Origin: an uncultured Gammaproteobacteria bacterium
Lineage (GTDB): Bacteria > Pseudomonadota > Gammaproteobacteria > PS1 > Pseudothioglobaceae
Assembly: GCA_929200175.1 (NCBI GenBank)
Contig: CAKMYR010000001.1
Location: 1-48,552, forward strand
Direction of reading: 5' to 3'
DNA: 48,552 bases
In this document: piece after piece, positions 29,473 through 41,958 of the stretch
Layout: every line of letters starts with the position of its first letter
Numbering within the stretch: the first letter of the stretch is position 1
Translations under genes and position numbers: made by a program
Notes under the pieces: model-generated
Database searches by the model: none
Seen by the model: only the letters and a program-made list of their open reading frames with translations
What the model was told of the DNA's origin: nothing

Positions 29473-30333
29473 CTAAACTGCAGCAGCGCCACTTACAATT
29501 TCAGAAATCTCTTGTGTAATAGCTGCTTGTCTAGCTTTATTATAAACCAACTCCAATTCTTTAATCATATCTCCAGCATTATCTGTAGCGCTTTTCATAG
29601 CAATCATACGCGATGATTGTTCAGATGCTATATTTTCAACAATTCCTTGATAAACTAAAGCTTCAATATAACGAACCAACAATGCATTTAATGTTTCTTT
29701 TGCATCTGGTTCATAAATATAATCCCAATAATAATCTAAGCCATCATCAACAGGAATCATAGGAATTAACTGTGTTACTGTTGGGTTTTGGGTCATGGTA
29801 TTTTCAAACTTGTTATAAGCTATAGATAATTGCTGTATTTCATTTTTATCGTAAGCATCAAGCATTACTTTTACTGTGCCTAATAAATCATCATAGTTTG
29901 GATTATCGCCCAAGTCTGTCAAAACAGATTTAATATTTAAACCTGATTTTTTAAAAAATGATGTCGCTTTTTTACCAATGGTGCAGATAGATACTTCTAT
30001 CGATTTATTTTGATAATCAAAAATTGTTTTTAGTAAACTTCTAAATAAATTAGTATTAAGGCCTCCGCATAGGCCTCTATCACTTGATATTATTATAATA
30101 CCTATACTTTTTAATTCATCTTTCTTTTCCATGTACGGATGTTTAAATTCAGAATGAGCGTTAGCTAAATGCCCTATAACTGTTGATATTTTATCGCAAT
30201 AAGGTCGTGAAGATAGCATTTTATCTTGCGCCTTTTTCATTTTAGAAGCAGCAACCATTTCCATGGCCGAAGTAATTTTTTGAGTATTTTTAATACTCGT
30301 AATTTGTGTTCTTATTTCTTTTCCTGCTGCCAT
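29473..30333 (-). CDS. atpG: F0F1 ATP synthase subunit gamma
   Basis: 286 aa. N-terminus [32 protein letters not shown] and C-terminus [15 protein letters not shown]. Confidence 0.95.
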   Translation of the reverse strand: MAAGKEIRTQITSIKNTQKITSAMEMVAASKMKKAQDKMLSSRPYCDKISTVIGHLANAHSEFKHPYMEKKDELKSIGIIIISSDRGLCGGLNTNLFRSLLKTIFDYQNKSIEVSICTIGKKATSFFKKSGLNIKSVLTDLGDNPNYDDLLGTVKVMLDAYDKNEIQQLSIAYNKFENTMTQNPTVTQLIPMIPVDDGLDYYWDYIYEPDAKETLNALLVRYIEALVYQGIVENIASEQSSRMIAMKSATDNAGDMIKELELVYNKARQAAITQEISEIVSGAAAV

Positions 30334-30335
30334 TT

Positions 30336-31877
30336 TTACCAGGTATGACTTGTTTTAAAGTCATCAATTGCTTTTTTTAGTTTATTTGCTATTTCTTCGT
30401 TATAATCACAGGTTTCATTAATTTCTTCCATTAAAGATATTTGATTTAAATTCATATAATCAATTAACGCCTTTTCAAAATCAACCACCTTATTAGCATC
30501 TACATCATCTAAAGCCCCAGAGTTAGCAGCAAATAATGAAGTTGCCGTTTCAGCTACTGACATTGGGCTATATTGATTTTGCTTCATTAATTCAGTAACT
30601 CGTTGTCCGCGATCAATTTGAGCTTTGGTTTCAGAGTCTAAATCTGATGCAAATTGAGCAAATGCTGCCAACTCTCTATATTGAGCTAAATCTAAGCGAA
30701 TACCTCCGCCAAGTTTTTTAATAATTTTAGTTTGTGCTGCACCTCCAACTCTAGAAACAGATAATCCAGCATTAATAGCCGGACGAATACCAGAGTTAAA
30801 TAAATCAGTCTCTAAAAATATCTGTCCATCAGTAATAGATATAACATTTGTTGGCACAAATGCAGATACATCTCCGCCTTGAGTTTCAATAATAGGTAAT
30901 GCTGTTAAAGATCCTGTTTTACCCTTTACTTCTCCATTAGTAGCCTCTTCAACATAATTTGCATTTACTCTAGACGCTCTTTCAAGCAATCTTGAATGTA
31001 AATAAAATACATCTCCAGGATAGGCTTCACGACCAGGAGGTCTTTTTAATAATAATGATATTTCACGATAGGCCCAAGCTTGTTTGGTTAAGTCATCATA
31101 GACAATTAAGGCGTCTTCTCCTCTATCTCTATAATACTCACCCATAGCACATCCTGCGTATGGAGCTATATATTGTAACGCAGCAGAATCAGAAGCACTT
31201 GCAGATACTATAATCGTGTTTGACAATGCGCCATGCTCTTCTAATTTACGAACTACTGTTGCTACTGCTGAATCTTTTTGTCCTACTGCTACGTATACGC
31301 ACTTAACTCCTGTATTTTTCTGATTAATTATTGCATCAATAGCTACTGCTGTTTTTCCAGTTTGACGATCTCCTATAATAAGCTCTCTTTGTCCTCTCCC
31401 AATTGGAACCATAGAATCAATCGCTTTTATGCCAGTTTGAACAGGCTCACTAACACTTTGACGATCTATCACCCCAGGGGCTACTACTTCTAATGGTCTA
31501 TTAATTTTCGCGTTAATCTCTCCTTTGCCATCAATAGGTTGTCCTAATGAATTAACAACACGGCCTAACATTACATCGCCTACTGGAACCTCCATTAATC
31601 TATTAGTGCATTTAACTTTATCGCCCTGTGAAATATGTAGATAATCTCCTACGATTACTGCACCAACACTATCTTGCTCCAAATTAAGAGCCATGCCAAA
31701 AGTATTGTTAGGAAATTCTAGCATTTCACCAAACTGGACATCACTTAATCCGTGAATACGTACAATTCCGTCACTAACATTAATAACACTACCTTCTGTA
31801 CGAGCTTGTGTTACAAAATCAAACCCTTCTATTTGTTTTTTAATTAAATCACTAATCTCACCTGCGTTTAATTGCAT
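30336..31877 (-). CDS. atpA: F0F1 ATP synthase subunit alpha
   Basis: 513 aa. P-loop GDRQTGKTA, plus [21 protein letters not shown]. Confidence 0.97.
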   Translation of the reverse strand: MQLNAGEISDLIKKQIEGFDFVTQARTEGSVINVSDGIVRIHGLSDVQFGEMLEFPNNTFGMALNLEQDSVGAVIVGDYLHISQGDKVKCTNRLMEVPVGDVMLGRVVNSLGQPIDGKGEINAKINRPLEVVAPGVIDRQSVSEPVQTGIKAIDSMVPIGRGQRELIIGDRQTGKTAVAIDAIINQKNTGVKCVYVAVGQKDSAVATVVRKLEEHGALSNTIIVSASASDSAALQYIAPYAGCAMGEYYRDRGEDALIVYDDLTKQAWAYREISLLLKRPPGREAYPGDVFYLHSRLLERASRVNANYVEEATNGEVKGKTGSLTALPIIETQGGDVSAFVPTNVISITDGQIFLETDLFNSGIRPAINAGLSVSRVGGAAQTKIIKKLGGGIRLDLAQYRELAAFAQFASDLDSETKAQIDRGQRVTELMKQNQYSPMSVAETATSLFAANSGALDDVDANKVVDFEKALIDYMNLNQISLMEEINETCDYNEEIANKLKKAIDDFKTSHTW

Positions 31878-31901
31878 ATTTTTTCCTCTTTAATTATCAA
31901 T

Positions 31902-32450
31902 TTAATATGTTGCAATACATGAATTTAAATTTTCAATTTTAGCTTTAATTGACATATCAACAACTTTATCATTATCTTTAACCACTATTCCCCCTATCAA
32001 ACTTTGATCTATATGTACACGAATACTGACATCTTTATTATATTTAATAGTTAAATTATTAGTGATTTTTTCCTTTTCTTCTGCACTTAATTCATAAGCG
32101 CTAAAAACATTAAAAACTTTAGAATTATCTTTTAATCCTATCATAGACTTAAAAAGCGATAACATACTTGGAATTATATTAATACGCTCATTAATTAACA
32201 ACAATTTAACAAAGTTATTTTCTTTTGTTTGTAACTTTCTAGTTAAAATTGATTCAAGCAATCCTATTACAACATTGATTTTATCAATTTTTGTTAAGCC
32301 TGGATAAGCAATAAAATCTTTTACTATTTCATTATTAGCTAACTTGGCGCCTGCTGACAAAAGCTCTTCCCATTTCGCCTGAGAATTATCTTCTTCAGTA
32401 ATAGGAATAATCGCACTGACGTAAGGCTTTGCTATAGTAATTAATTCCAT
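31902..32450 (-). CDS. atpH: F0F1 ATP synthase subunit delta
   Basis: 182 aa. Assigned by its position between atpF and atpA and by the C-terminal IGGIVVKDNDKVVDMSIKAKIENL. Confidence 0.88.
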   Translation of the reverse strand: MELITIAKPYVSAIIPITEEDNSQAKWEELLSAGAKLANNEIVKDFIAYPGLTKIDKINVVIGLLESILTRKLQTKENNFVKLLLINERINIIPSMLSLFKSMIGLKDNSKVFNVFSAYELSAEEKEKITNNLTIKYNKDVSIRVHIDQSLIGGIVVKDNDKVVDMSIKAKIENLNSCIATY

Positions 32451-32459
32451 AATTCTAAA

Positions 32460-32930
32460 CTATAATGATTGTGTTAATTTATTTAATATTTCTTTATGAT
32501 TTTTACTATCTACTTCTTTTTCTAAAATTACACTCACACCTTTCATAACTAAATCAGAAATTTGATTTTTTAATTCATTTTTAGCTTTTATTGTGTCTTG
32601 CTCAAGTTCTGCAGTAGTTCTATTTTTAATTTTCTCCGCTTCTATTGATGCTAACTCCTTAGAGTCTTCAACAATTGATGCTGCTTGACTTTTTGCATTG
32701 GTAATAATATGCGCTGCTTTTTCTTTTGATTCTTTTATAATTTCTTTAGATTTTTTATGCGCCTCTTCTTTCTCATGCATACCTTTTTCTGCTGCTAATA
32801 AACCTTCTTCGATGCGCTTTCTACGCTCTTCCATAGCAATAACAATAGGCGGCCAAACAAACTTCATACAAAACCATGTAAACATGGCAAACATAATCAG
32901 CTGTCCAACTAAAGTTAAATTAATATTCAT
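32460..32930 (-). CDS. atpF: F0F1 ATP synthase subunit b
   Basis: 156 aa with a single N-terminal TM helix followed by a long charged helix. Confidence 0.9.
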   Translation of the reverse strand: MNINLTLVGQLIMFAMFTWFCMKFVWPPIVIAMEERRKRIEEGLLAAEKGMHEKEEAHKKSKEIIKESKEKAAHIITNAKSQAASIVEDSKELASIEAEKIKNRTTAELEQDTIKAKNELKNQISDLVMKGVSVILEKEVDSKNHKEILNKLTQSL

Positions 32931-32973
32931 AATTAAATATTCCTTTTGTTAGTATTATAAAATCATGCGTCTA

Positions 32974-33201
<228 letters not shown>

Positions 33202-33344
33202 TTATTTACTCCTACTTTATAAAAAAATTGCCCTAGTAAAAAAACTTGAGCAACGACAACGAACTGCAAATTGTTAAACTATTATCCTCATAAATTCTAT
33301 ATTTTACAGTTAAAAATTTAAAAAATTATTTTAAATTAAATAAA

Positions 33345-34184
<840 letters not shown>

Positions 34185-34532
34185 TTATATTATTCTGTCT
34201 ATTAAAAATCCAATCAATCCAAAAACCAATCCTAATATCAATTCATATGAATTTAAATCTAATAACAAAAGTCCTACTAAAAAAAAGAATGAGACTAAAA
34301 ACATTCTTGTAAAAACATTTGATACTAACATTTTCACACTTTCTTCGGCATTTATTGCCTTATTTCTTTGTTTATATATAGCCATGCTAATTAGTGCTGT
34401 ATTAATCAAACTAATCATGCCTCCATAAGCCGCAGAAGTCCATGATCCATACATAAAAAAATAAAAAGACATTATAAATATTACAATTAACTGAACTTTA
34501 GGTAATTTATCGCCATTAACACTATGAGTCAC
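34185..34532 (-). CDS. atpI: ATP synthase protein I-like small membrane protein
   Basis: 115 aa, hydrophobic, with about 4 helices. Lies immediately upstream of atpB. The track start is GTG, so the true start is uncertain. Confidence 0.65.
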   Translation of the reverse strand: MTHSVNGDKLPKVQLIVIFIMSFYFFMYGSWTSAAYGGMISLINTALISMAIYKQRNKAINAEESVKMLVSNVFTRMFLVSFFFLVGLLLLDLNSYELILGLVFGLIGFLIDRII

Positions 34533-34752
34533 TTGAATATTTTTTTACTAACATCTCTTTTTCCATCCTAAGATCTTCAATAATCTGATTAAACATTTTT
34601 GTTCTTCGTTTATTATTGTCTATAGATAATTTATATAAATTTTCCAATTCAATATACTGATTTTTCAACTCTTTTAAATCTTCTTGAAGCTTTTCGTGGG
34701 TTTCGTTATTTTTTCTAAATTTAAACATGTCTTTAATTTCTAAAATTAACAA
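34522..34752 (-). CDS. Hypothetical small hydrophilic coiled-coil protein upstream of and overlapping atpI
   Basis: 76 codons open in very AT-rich DNA between recN and atpI. The sequence is charged with heptad-like spacing (KLQEDLKELKNQYIELENLYKL). The track start is TTG, and an ATG 8 codons in (34728) is an alternative. There is no clear SD. Overlaps atpI by 11 nt. Confidence 0.35.
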   Translation of the reverse strand: MLILEIKDMFKFRKNNETHEKLQEDLKELKNQYIELENLYKLSIDNNKRRTKMFNQIIEDLRMEKEMLVKKYSSDS

Positions 34753-34827
34753 AGGTGTATTTTATCATTTAATGTCAGAATAATATAAATAATTTTAAAC
34801 TTATTAATAATTTATGGCTATATTATA

Positions 34828-36492
34828 TTATTTTGATGCTAATTCTAGTCTTTCACGCGCAGCCGTTAAAACTTTTTCAGTAATAATTTTACCCCCTGAT
34901 ATTCGAGCAATTTCTGCTATTCTATCTTCATAATTTAATTGTTTTACTATGATTTGTGTATTAGACTTTTGTTGATATTTATAAACTTTAAGGTGCTGAT
35001 GCCCAAAAGCTGCTACTTGCGCCAAATGAGTAATACAAAACACTTGATAATTTAAAGATAATTCTCGCAATTTTTTCCCAACAGTTTCAGCAACAGCTCC
35101 ACTAATACCAGAATCAGCCTCATCAAAAACTAAAGTTGGAACATATTTATCGTTACTTCCAACAATTGCAATTGCAAGAGCAATACGAGACATTTCTCCG
35201 CCAGATGCTATTTTATTAAGCGGTTTAAAACTCTGACCAGTATTAGTTTTTATTAAAAAACTTATCGTCTCTAACCCAAAGTAAGAAACATCATCAGTAT
35301 TTTCAATTAAATTAATTTTTATCTCGCCTCTTTTCATTCCTAAAACCTGCATAATTTGAGATATTTCATGCGCCATTTTTTTTGCTTTCTTGCCCCTAAT
35401 AATACTAATTTTGTTGGCTTTATTTTTATACTGTTTCGCTAATTTAGTCTGTTTTTGTTTTAAATCATTAAGCACTAAATTATTATCATTTATTTCATTA
35501 AAACATATTGATATTTTTTGTTTGGCATCTAATAATTCAGTTATTTGACAATTGTGTTTACGCGCCAAATTATGCAACTCGCTTAAGCGTTGTTCCAATT
35601 CATTTGCGCTTTGCTCGTCTATTGGTAATTTACTAATGTAATTATTAATTTCATAGATAACTTCTTGTATTTGAATTTGTGAGCTTGAAAATATTTTTGC
35701 AATTAAAGAAAGATTTGAATCAAAATTTAATAACTTATTTAACTCATTATCAATATTTAATAATTGTTGATTTATCCCATTTTCATTATCTAACTGATGT
35801 AATATATGAGATGTTTTTTCAATCAAATCTTTTGCATTTTCACTCACCTTGAATTCATGCTCAATATTTTCAAGCTCTTTTTTATTTAAACCAGCCTCAT
35901 CTAGCTCTTTTAATTGACTTTTAAAAAATTCTTGCTGCTGTAAAGTTAATTCTTGGTTTTTATTAAGTTTATCAATATTTTTGCTAATCTCTTTATACTC
36001 TTTAACCAGCTTATTTAAAGCTAATATATCATTACTAATACCTGCATAAGAATCAAGCAGCTCCATTTGTTTAATAGGTTGTAATAATAGCTGATTATCG
36101 TTTTGGTAATGCATATCCACAAGCATTTCACCAATGTTTTTTATCATAGTTAAAGGCACATTAACTCCATTTATAAATGATTTTGACCTTCCATCGGAAT
36201 TAATTATGCGCCGCAAAATACATTCTTCACCTTCGTATAAATCTTTTTGTTCTAGATAATTTTTAATTTTTTTATGATTATCTATTTCAAAAGTTGTAAT
36301 AACTTCAGCCTTATCGTTTTTAGCACGCACTAAATCTGAATTACAACGACTTCCAAGCGCCAAACTTAATGCTTGCAATAAAACCGACTTACCTGCTCCT
36401 GTTTCCCCTGTAATTACATTCATACCAGACTTAAGACTTAAATCTAATTTTTCTACAATCGCTAAATTTTTAACAAACAATCTAGTTAACAT
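34828..36492 (-). CDS. recN: DNA repair protein RecN
   Basis: 554 aa SMC-like protein. Walker A GETGAGKS, a long coiled-coil middle, signature ASGGEMSRIALAI and Walker B LVFDEADSGISG. Confidence 0.93.
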   Translation of the reverse strand: MLTRLFVKNLAIVEKLDLSLKSGMNVITGETGAGKSVLLQALSLALGSRCNSDLVRAKNDKAEVITTFEIDNHKKIKNYLEQKDLYEGEECILRRIINSDGRSKSFINGVNVPLTMIKNIGEMLVDMHYQNDNQLLLQPIKQMELLDSYAGISNDILALNKLVKEYKEISKNIDKLNKNQELTLQQQEFFKSQLKELDEAGLNKKELENIEHEFKVSENAKDLIEKTSHILHQLDNENGINQQLLNIDNELNKLLNFDSNLSLIAKIFSSSQIQIQEVIYEINNYISKLPIDEQSANELEQRLSELHNLARKHNCQITELLDAKQKISICFNEINDNNLVLNDLKQKQTKLAKQYKNKANKISIIRGKKAKKMAHEISQIMQVLGMKRGEIKINLIENTDDVSYFGLETISFLIKTNTGQSFKPLNKIASGGEMSRIALAIAIVGSNDKYVPTLVFDEADSGISGAVAETVGKKLRELSLNYQVFCITHLAQVAAFGHQHLKVYKYQQKSNTQIIVKQLNYEDRIAEIARISGGKIITEKVLTAARERLELASK

Positions 36493-36510
36493 AAATTAAT
36501 ATTTAAATAA

Positions 36511-37335
36511 TTACAATTTGATATTCCAGTGTAACTTAGAACGAATAATGCTAAAGTAGTCATAATTTTTAGGATGTAACAAATTAATAAAATTATCATA
36601 TTTGCGTATACTAATTTTCTGCTCTGCTTTAACTGTAAAAGAGGTCTGTCCATCAAAGCTAACTATTGCGCCTTCTTTTGATTCTTTAATATGTATCACA
36701 ATCTCATTGTTGCCAGGAATTAAAAGTGGCCTATGGCTAATAGTGTGAGGACAAATTGATACTATGCCGATAGCATCAATCTCAGGGTGTATAATCGGAC
36801 CACCACTGGATAAAGCATATGCTGTTGAGCCTGTTGGTGTGGTTATAATTAATCCGTCTGCAAATTGACTACTTAGAAATTTATCATTAATGAAAATATC
36901 AAATTCCATCATTCTAAGATTTACCTCATTACGATGAATAACAACATCGTTTAAGGCTAAATGTCTATTTATAATTTTTTTATTATCTTCTATTTGACAT
37001 GATAATAATATCCGCTTTTCTTTTGTATATTCATTCTTAAAAACTTGTTCTAATACAACAAACATATCTTTAATATTAACATCTGCTAAAAATCCAAGCC
37101 TTCCTAAATTAACTGCTAAAATAGGGATATTGCTATCAACAAAATAGCGCGCAGTGTTAAGCAAAGTACCGTCACCACCTATAACAACAATTAAATCAGC
37201 ATATTTTGCTATTTTTTCTCTTGTTGATTTTATTACTTTAATTCTTTTTTTTTCAAGAAATAAATTTAATTTATCGGCTATAACATCACTTTTATGATCT
37301 TTAAGTTTGGTTATAATACCAACTGCTTTAAACAT
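36511..37335 (-). CDS. nadK: NAD kinase
   Basis: 274 aa. Motifs GGDGTLL, NLGRLGFL and TPTGSTAYALSSGGPI. Canonical nadK-recN pair divergent from grpE. Confidence 0.92.
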   Translation of the reverse strand: MFKAVGIITKLKDHKSDVIADKLNLFLEKKRIKVIKSTREKIAKYADLIVVIGGDGTLLNTARYFVDSNIPILAVNLGRLGFLADVNIKDMFVVLEQVFKNEYTKEKRILLSCQIEDNKKIINRHLALNDVVIHRNEVNLRMMEFDIFINDKFLSSQFADGLIITTPTGSTAYALSSGGPIIHPEIDAIGIVSICPHTISHRPLLIPGNNEIVIHIKESKEGAIVSFDGQTSFTVKAEQKISIRKYDNFINLLHPKNYDYFSIIRSKLHWNIKL

Positions 37336-37363
37336 ATTAATAATTAATATAGATTAATAAATA

Positions 37364-37390
37364 TTGAATACTTTAAAATAGTCACTATAT
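37364..37390 (+). promoter_or_regulatory. Possible sigma32-type heat-shock promoter for grpE
   Basis: TTGAA (37364-37368), a 14-nt spacer, then CACTATAT (37383-37390), about 70 nt upstream of the grpE ATG. This is only a partial match to CTTGAA/CCCCATnT. Confidence 0.2.
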
Positions 37391-37458
37391 TGTAAGTTTT
37401 AAGTATATTTAATTAATATACATTAATTTAATTAAATAATAAATGGTATAAAACAAAA

Positions 37459-37971
37459 ATGGTAAAAAAAAATAAAGAAAAAGACATTAAAGAGAAGGAT
37501 ACTAAAGAACAAGATATCAAAGAGCAATTAGAACAAGCCCAACAATCTGCAAAAGATAACTGGGACAAGCTTCTTAGAGCTCAAGCAGAGATAGAAAATC
37601 TAAAACGACGCCATGCTAAAGACATAGAAAGCGCCCATAAATTTGTTCTTGATAAATTTGTTAAATCTTTACTTGAAGTCAAAGATTCTTTAAATATGGG
37701 AATGAAGTCTGCTACAGAAAAAACAGCTACTGTAGAAAGTATTTTTGATGGCTTGAAAATTATTGATAAAGTTTTTACATCTACTTTAAAGAAATTTAAT
37801 GTTGTAGAAATTAATCCAAAAGATGAAATTTTTGATCCGGCACTACACGAGGCTGTTACTATAGTTGAAGCCCCTAATAAAAAACCTAACTCTATTTTAG
37901 AAGTTGTACAAATTGGATTCACTTTAAACGAAAGATTAATTAGACCAGCTATGGTGATAGTTGCAAAATAA
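37459..37971 (+). CDS. grpE: Nucleotide exchange factor GrpE
   Basis: 170 aa. It has an acidic/lysine-rich N-terminus, a coiled coil ([16 protein letters not shown]), FDPALHEAV and [12 protein letters not shown]. Confidence 0.92.
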   Translation: MVKKNKEKDIKEKDTKEQDIKEQLEQAQQSAKDNWDKLLRAQAEIENLKRRHAKDIESAHKFVLDKFVKSLLEVKDSLNMGMKSATEKTATVESIFDGLKIIDKVFTSTLKKFNVVEINPKDEIFDPALHEAVTIVEAPNKKPNSILEVVQIGFTLNERLIRPAMVIVAK

Positions 37972-38044
37972 TTTTAATTATAAAATTTTTACTTAAGCAT
38001 TAAAATAATTTGTATAATGCCCTTTTTTAAAAATATATAAGACC

Positions 38045-39925
38045 TTGTTAAATTTATTAGCAATTGTATTAATATTTTTCTCCTTGTCTTCACAAGCACA
38101 AGAAAATTTTAGCCAAAATATTGAGCTTAACTACGATAATATAAAAGATAAAACATTTATTAGCGAAATTTATCAATCAAATTATCATGATTCAAAAAAT
38201 AACCCATTACCAGTAGACAAAGCATTCTCATTTTCATTAATTAAAATAGATAGCAAAACCTTTTTAGCAACATGGGATATTGCTAAAGATTACTATCTAT
38301 ATCGTGATAAATTTTTAATTGATGTTGAAAACTCACAAATTACAGATATTGTTTTTCCTCCATCAAAACTAAAAGACGATCCATTTTTTGGCAAAACAAA
38401 TATATATAATAATAAAGTTGCACTAAAAATCCCCTTAAAAAATATTAGCTCTGACACTATAACTATTTCTGTTAGTTATCAAGGATGCTGGGAAGGTGGA
38501 GTTTGTTATCCTCCAACACAAAAAACGCTACAAATAAATCTAGCAAACCAGCCTATTGAAAACATCAATAAAACACCTACAGATAAAAAATATACTACAA
38601 GTAATACCGCCAAAAAATTAAATTCAGCAGATGAAATATCGCAATTTATCCATCAACAAAACATCATATGGGTTTTGATAAAATTCTTTGGATTTGGTCT
38701 ACTATTATCTTTTAGCGCTTGTGTACTTCCAATGATGCCAATCTTATCTGGCATTATTATTAATAAAAAAAAATCAGTAAATACTAAAAAAGCTATCTTT
38801 ATGTCTGTTGTATTTGTTTTAGCTATGAGTACAGCATACGCATTTGCAGGAGCATTAACAGGTTATATAGGTGTCAATTTAAACAATTTGCTTCAAACTC
38901 CATGGATGTTAGTTGTATTTAGCTTAATTTTTATCGCACTGGCTTTTTCAATGTTTGGATATTTTGAAATCCAAATACCTAAATCATTACAAAACAAAAT
39001 TATAAAAATAAGTAATAATCAAAAAAATGATGGAGTTATAGGGGTAGCAATTATGGGATTTTTATCCGCATTAATTATTGGTCCTTGTGTAGCGCCACCA
39101 CTTGCAGGAGCTCTAGTTTATCTTAGTCATACTAATGATGTTTTAACCAGCTCTCTATCTTTATTTTTCATGGGTTTAGGTATGGGTGTGCCATTAATTG
39201 CAATTGGCGCAGGCGCAAGCAAACTCCCAAAAAACGGTAAATGGATGCAAAATATAAATCACTTTTTTGGCGCTGTAATGTTAGGGTTAGCTATTTGGTT
39301 AATTGGGCGTATTATTCCTCAAATTTTCACATTAATTTTATGGGCATCACTATTTACGATTGCACCAATCGCTATGGGCACTTTCGAATCTATAACTAAA
39401 ACTCAAAACTCATGGATAAGAATTTTTAAGGCTATTGGGTTAATTGCTTTTGGTTATGGGGTTTTGCTTTGGGTTTTAGTTGCTCGTGGTGGCGGAGATA
39501 TGCTTGCTCCATTATCAAATCATAGCGCCTTTAACCATAATAATCAAACCATCCAATCAGCTATTGACTTTACAAATATAGACTCAAAACTAGGATTAGA
39601 TAGTGCTCTAAATACTGCAGCACAAAACAATCAAACTCTTATGTTATATTTTTATGCTGATTGGTGTATTGCCTGCAAGATAATTGACAGAAATGTATTT
39701 AAAAATCCAGCAGTTGTACAAGAAGCTCAAGACGTTATAACTATAAAAATTGATGTAACTAAAAACAGTGAATTTAACTATTCTTTAATGAAAAGCCTTG
39801 AAGTTATTGGCCCACCAGCTATTTTGTTTTTTAAGCAAGGGGCAGAAGATAGATCTAAACGAATAATAGGAGAGATAGGCTCAAAAGCATTTATAGAACA
39901 ATTAAATTTAGCTAAAAACTTATAG
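38045..39925 (+). CDS. dsbD: Thiol:disulfide interchange protein DsbD
   Basis: 626 aa. It has a signal peptide, a periplasmic N-domain (YQGCWEGGVCYPP), a TM core with CVLPM and GPCVAPP, and a C-terminal thioredoxin fold WCIACK. TTG is the first available start after an in-frame stop at 38015-38017. Confidence 0.88.
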   Translation: MLNLLAIVLIFFSLSSQAQENFSQNIELNYDNIKDKTFISEIYQSNYHDSKNNPLPVDKAFSFSLIKIDSKTFLATWDIAKDYYLYRDKFLIDVENSQITDIVFPPSKLKDDPFFGKTNIYNNKVALKIPLKNISSDTITISVSYQGCWEGGVCYPPTQKTLQINLANQPIENINKTPTDKKYTTSNTAKKLNSADEISQFIHQQNIIWVLIKFFGFGLLLSFSACVLPMMPILSGIIINKKKSVNTKKAIFMSVVFVLAMSTAYAFAGALTGYIGVNLNNLLQTPWMLVVFSLIFIALAFSMFGYFEIQIPKSLQNKIIKISNNQKNDGVIGVAIMGFLSALIIGPCVAPPLAGALVYLSHTNDVLTSSLSLFFMGLGMGVPLIAIGAGASKLPKNGKWMQNINHFFGAVMLGLAIWLIGRIIPQIFTLILWASLFTIAPIAMGTFESITKTQNSWIRIFKAIGLIAFGYGVLLWVLVARGGGDMLAPLSNHSAFNHNNQTIQSAIDFTNIDSKLGLDSALNTAAQNNQTLMLYFYADWCIACKIIDRNVFKNPAVVQEAQDVITIKIDVTKNSEFNYSLMKSLEVIGPPAILFFKQGAEDRSKRIIGEIGSKAFIEQLNLAKNL

Positions 39926-39929
39926 TTAA

Positions 39930-39957
39930 GCAAAAATTCAACTAGAATAATTTTTGC
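39930..39957 (+). terminator. Hairpin downstream of dsbD (9-bp stem GCAAAAATT/AATTTTTGC, 10-nt loop)
   Basis: Inverted repeat read directly, 5 nt after the dsbD stop. No T-run follows. Confidence 0.25.
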
Positions 39958-40099
39958 AAAATAATATAATCTTTATCAGTCTTAACAATCTATCAAATTT
40001 TGATAATTAAATCTTAACTTCAATCCGAAATTCATATTTAAAATTATATTAAAACTATTAATACATAATAATTTTTAATAAGTTAAAATTATCACCTGT

Positions 40100-41023
40100 A
40101 TGTCTACAATAATTCAAATTAAAAACATAAGCAAAGTATATGGCAAAACCCATGTCCTTAAAGATGTCAATTTAGAAATTAAAAAAGGAGAAATCATAGC
40201 TCTCTTAGGTCCCAATGGAGCTGGTAAAACTACTCTAATTTCAATTATTTGTGGCTTAGTTAATAAAAGTGCTGGTAGTGTTATTATTGATGGATTTGAT
40301 AATGCAACTAACTTTCGTAAAGCCCGTGAAAAAGTTGGATTAGTGCCTCAAGAATTGCACCTTGCAATGTTTGATAAGGTTGTTAATACACTACATTATA
40401 GTCGTGGGCTATTTGGTAAAAAAAGAAATGAGAAGCACATTAATGAATTAATTGAAAAACTTCACTTATCTGATAAAAAAAATCAAGAAATACGAAGCCT
40501 ATCTGGAGGAATGAAAAGACGAGTATTAATAGCAAAAGCCTTAGCTCATCAACCAAAAATATTATTTTTAGACGAGCCCACTGCTGGCGTCGATGTTGAA
40601 TTAAGAAAATCTACTTGGAATCTTGTAAAACAATTACGCCAATCTGGAGTTACTATTATTCTTACCACTCATTATATTGAAGAGGCAGAATCTATTGCAG
40701 ATCGTATCGGAATCATTAATAAAGGAAAGCTTATATTAGTTGATGATAAAAAAACATTAATGAAAAGACTGGGCAAAAAACACATTCAAATTAATCTTGC
40801 TAACCCTATTGAAGAAATGCCGCAAAAGCTAAAAGATTTATCATTAGAATTAAGCGAAGACAAAATTAATCTTTATTATCATTTTAAAGATAAAAAAGAG
40901 TACCAAAATATACCATTAATACTGCAAACAATAAAAGATTGTGGATTAAATATTAATGAATTAAACACCTCTAAATCTTCGCTTGAAGATATTTTTGTGG
41001 ATATAGTAAATGATGAGTATTAA
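40100..41023 (+). CDS. ABC-2 type transporter ATP-binding protein (YadG-like)
   Basis: 307 aa. Walker A GPNGAGKTT, signature LSGGMKRRV and Walker B ILFLDEPTAGVD. Overlaps the downstream permease gene. Confidence 0.85.
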   Translation: MSTIIQIKNISKVYGKTHVLKDVNLEIKKGEIIALLGPNGAGKTTLISIICGLVNKSAGSVIIDGFDNATNFRKAREKVGLVPQELHLAMFDKVVNTLHYSRGLFGKKRNEKHINELIEKLHLSDKKNQEIRSLSGGMKRRVLIAKALAHQPKILFLDEPTAGVDVELRKSTWNLVKQLRQSGVTIILTTHYIEEAESIADRIGIINKGKLILVDDKKTLMKRLGKKHIQINLANPIEEMPQKLKDLSLELSEDKINLYYHFKDKKEYQNIPLILQTIKDCGLNINELNTSKSSLEDIFVDIVNDEY

Positions 41024-41780
41024 TATATATGCAATTAGAGCTATTTATAAAGCTGAAATGAGGCGTTTTTGGGTTACTATTGGGCAAAGCATTATTTCTC
41101 CTGTTATTTCTACTTCTCTTTATTTTATTGTATTTGGAAGCGCGATTGGTTCTCGTATCCAACAAGTTGAGGGTGTTGATTATGGTACTTTTATTGTACC
41201 GGGAATGATGATATTTACATTATTAACACAAAGCGTGTCTAACGCTTCTTTTGGGATATTTCACCAAAAATTTACCGGCACAATTTACGAAGTGTTATCA
41301 GCTCCTATTTCTTCTACTGAGATTCTAATCGGTTTTGTTGGCGCGTCCGCATCAAAATCTTTCATAATAGGAACAATCATTCTTATTACCTCAACTTTTT
41401 TTGTTGATTTACATATCCAAAGCCCTTTTATCATGTTTGCTTTTTTTATACTAACTTGTGTTTCATTTAGTCTATTTGGCTTTATTATAGGCTTATGGGC
41501 GGATAATTTTGAAAAAATACAAGTAATCCCTATGCTTGTAATTACACCTTTAGTATTTCTTGGTGGAAGCTTTTATTCTATTGATATGTTGCCTCCAATG
41601 TGGAGAGATATATCTTTATTTAATCCAGCTTTATACCTTGTCAGCGGTTTTCGTTGGAGTTTTTTTGGGATATCAGATGTTAATATAAGTCTTAGTTTAA
41701 TGTTTATTTCGCTTTTCTTGCTTATCTGTATTTTTATTGTATGGCGGATTTTTGCAACAGGATATAAATTGAGATCTTAA
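41010..41780 (+). CDS. ABC-2 type transporter permease (YadH-like)
   Basis: 256 aa with six predicted TM segments, translationally coupled to the preceding ATPase by a 14-nt overlap. Confidence 0.8.
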   Translation: MMSINIYAIRAIYKAEMRRFWVTIGQSIISPVISTSLYFIVFGSAIGSRIQQVEGVDYGTFIVPGMMIFTLLTQSVSNASFGIFHQKFTGTIYEVLSAPISSTEILIGFVGASASKSFIIGTIILITSTFFVDLHIQSPFIMFAFFILTCVSFSLFGFIIGLWADNFEKIQVIPMLVITPLVFLGGSFYSIDMLPPMWRDISLFNPALYLVSGFRWSFFGISDVNISLSLMFISLFLLICIFIVWRIFATGYKLRS

Positions 41781-41958
41781 AATTAACTTAAATATCGTTT
41801 TAATAAAAAATAAATATACATTTTCTAGTCTTTTTCAATATATAAAAGAGCAGTCGCCAGATTTTATTTTGACAGAGCTATTAACCTTTTATTGCTAAGT
41901 TAAATTAATTACCAAAATCTATTTCTTTAAATTTAAAAGTTAATTAAAATGACAAATC

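Noticed and set aside
33202-33344. Unusually long (143 bp) atpB-atpE spacer considered as a possible ncRNA or small ORF
   Set aside because: Only a 5-codon frame is present, plus the atpE SD (AGGAG). There is no stable stem. Long A/U-rich leaders that enhance atpE translation are well known.
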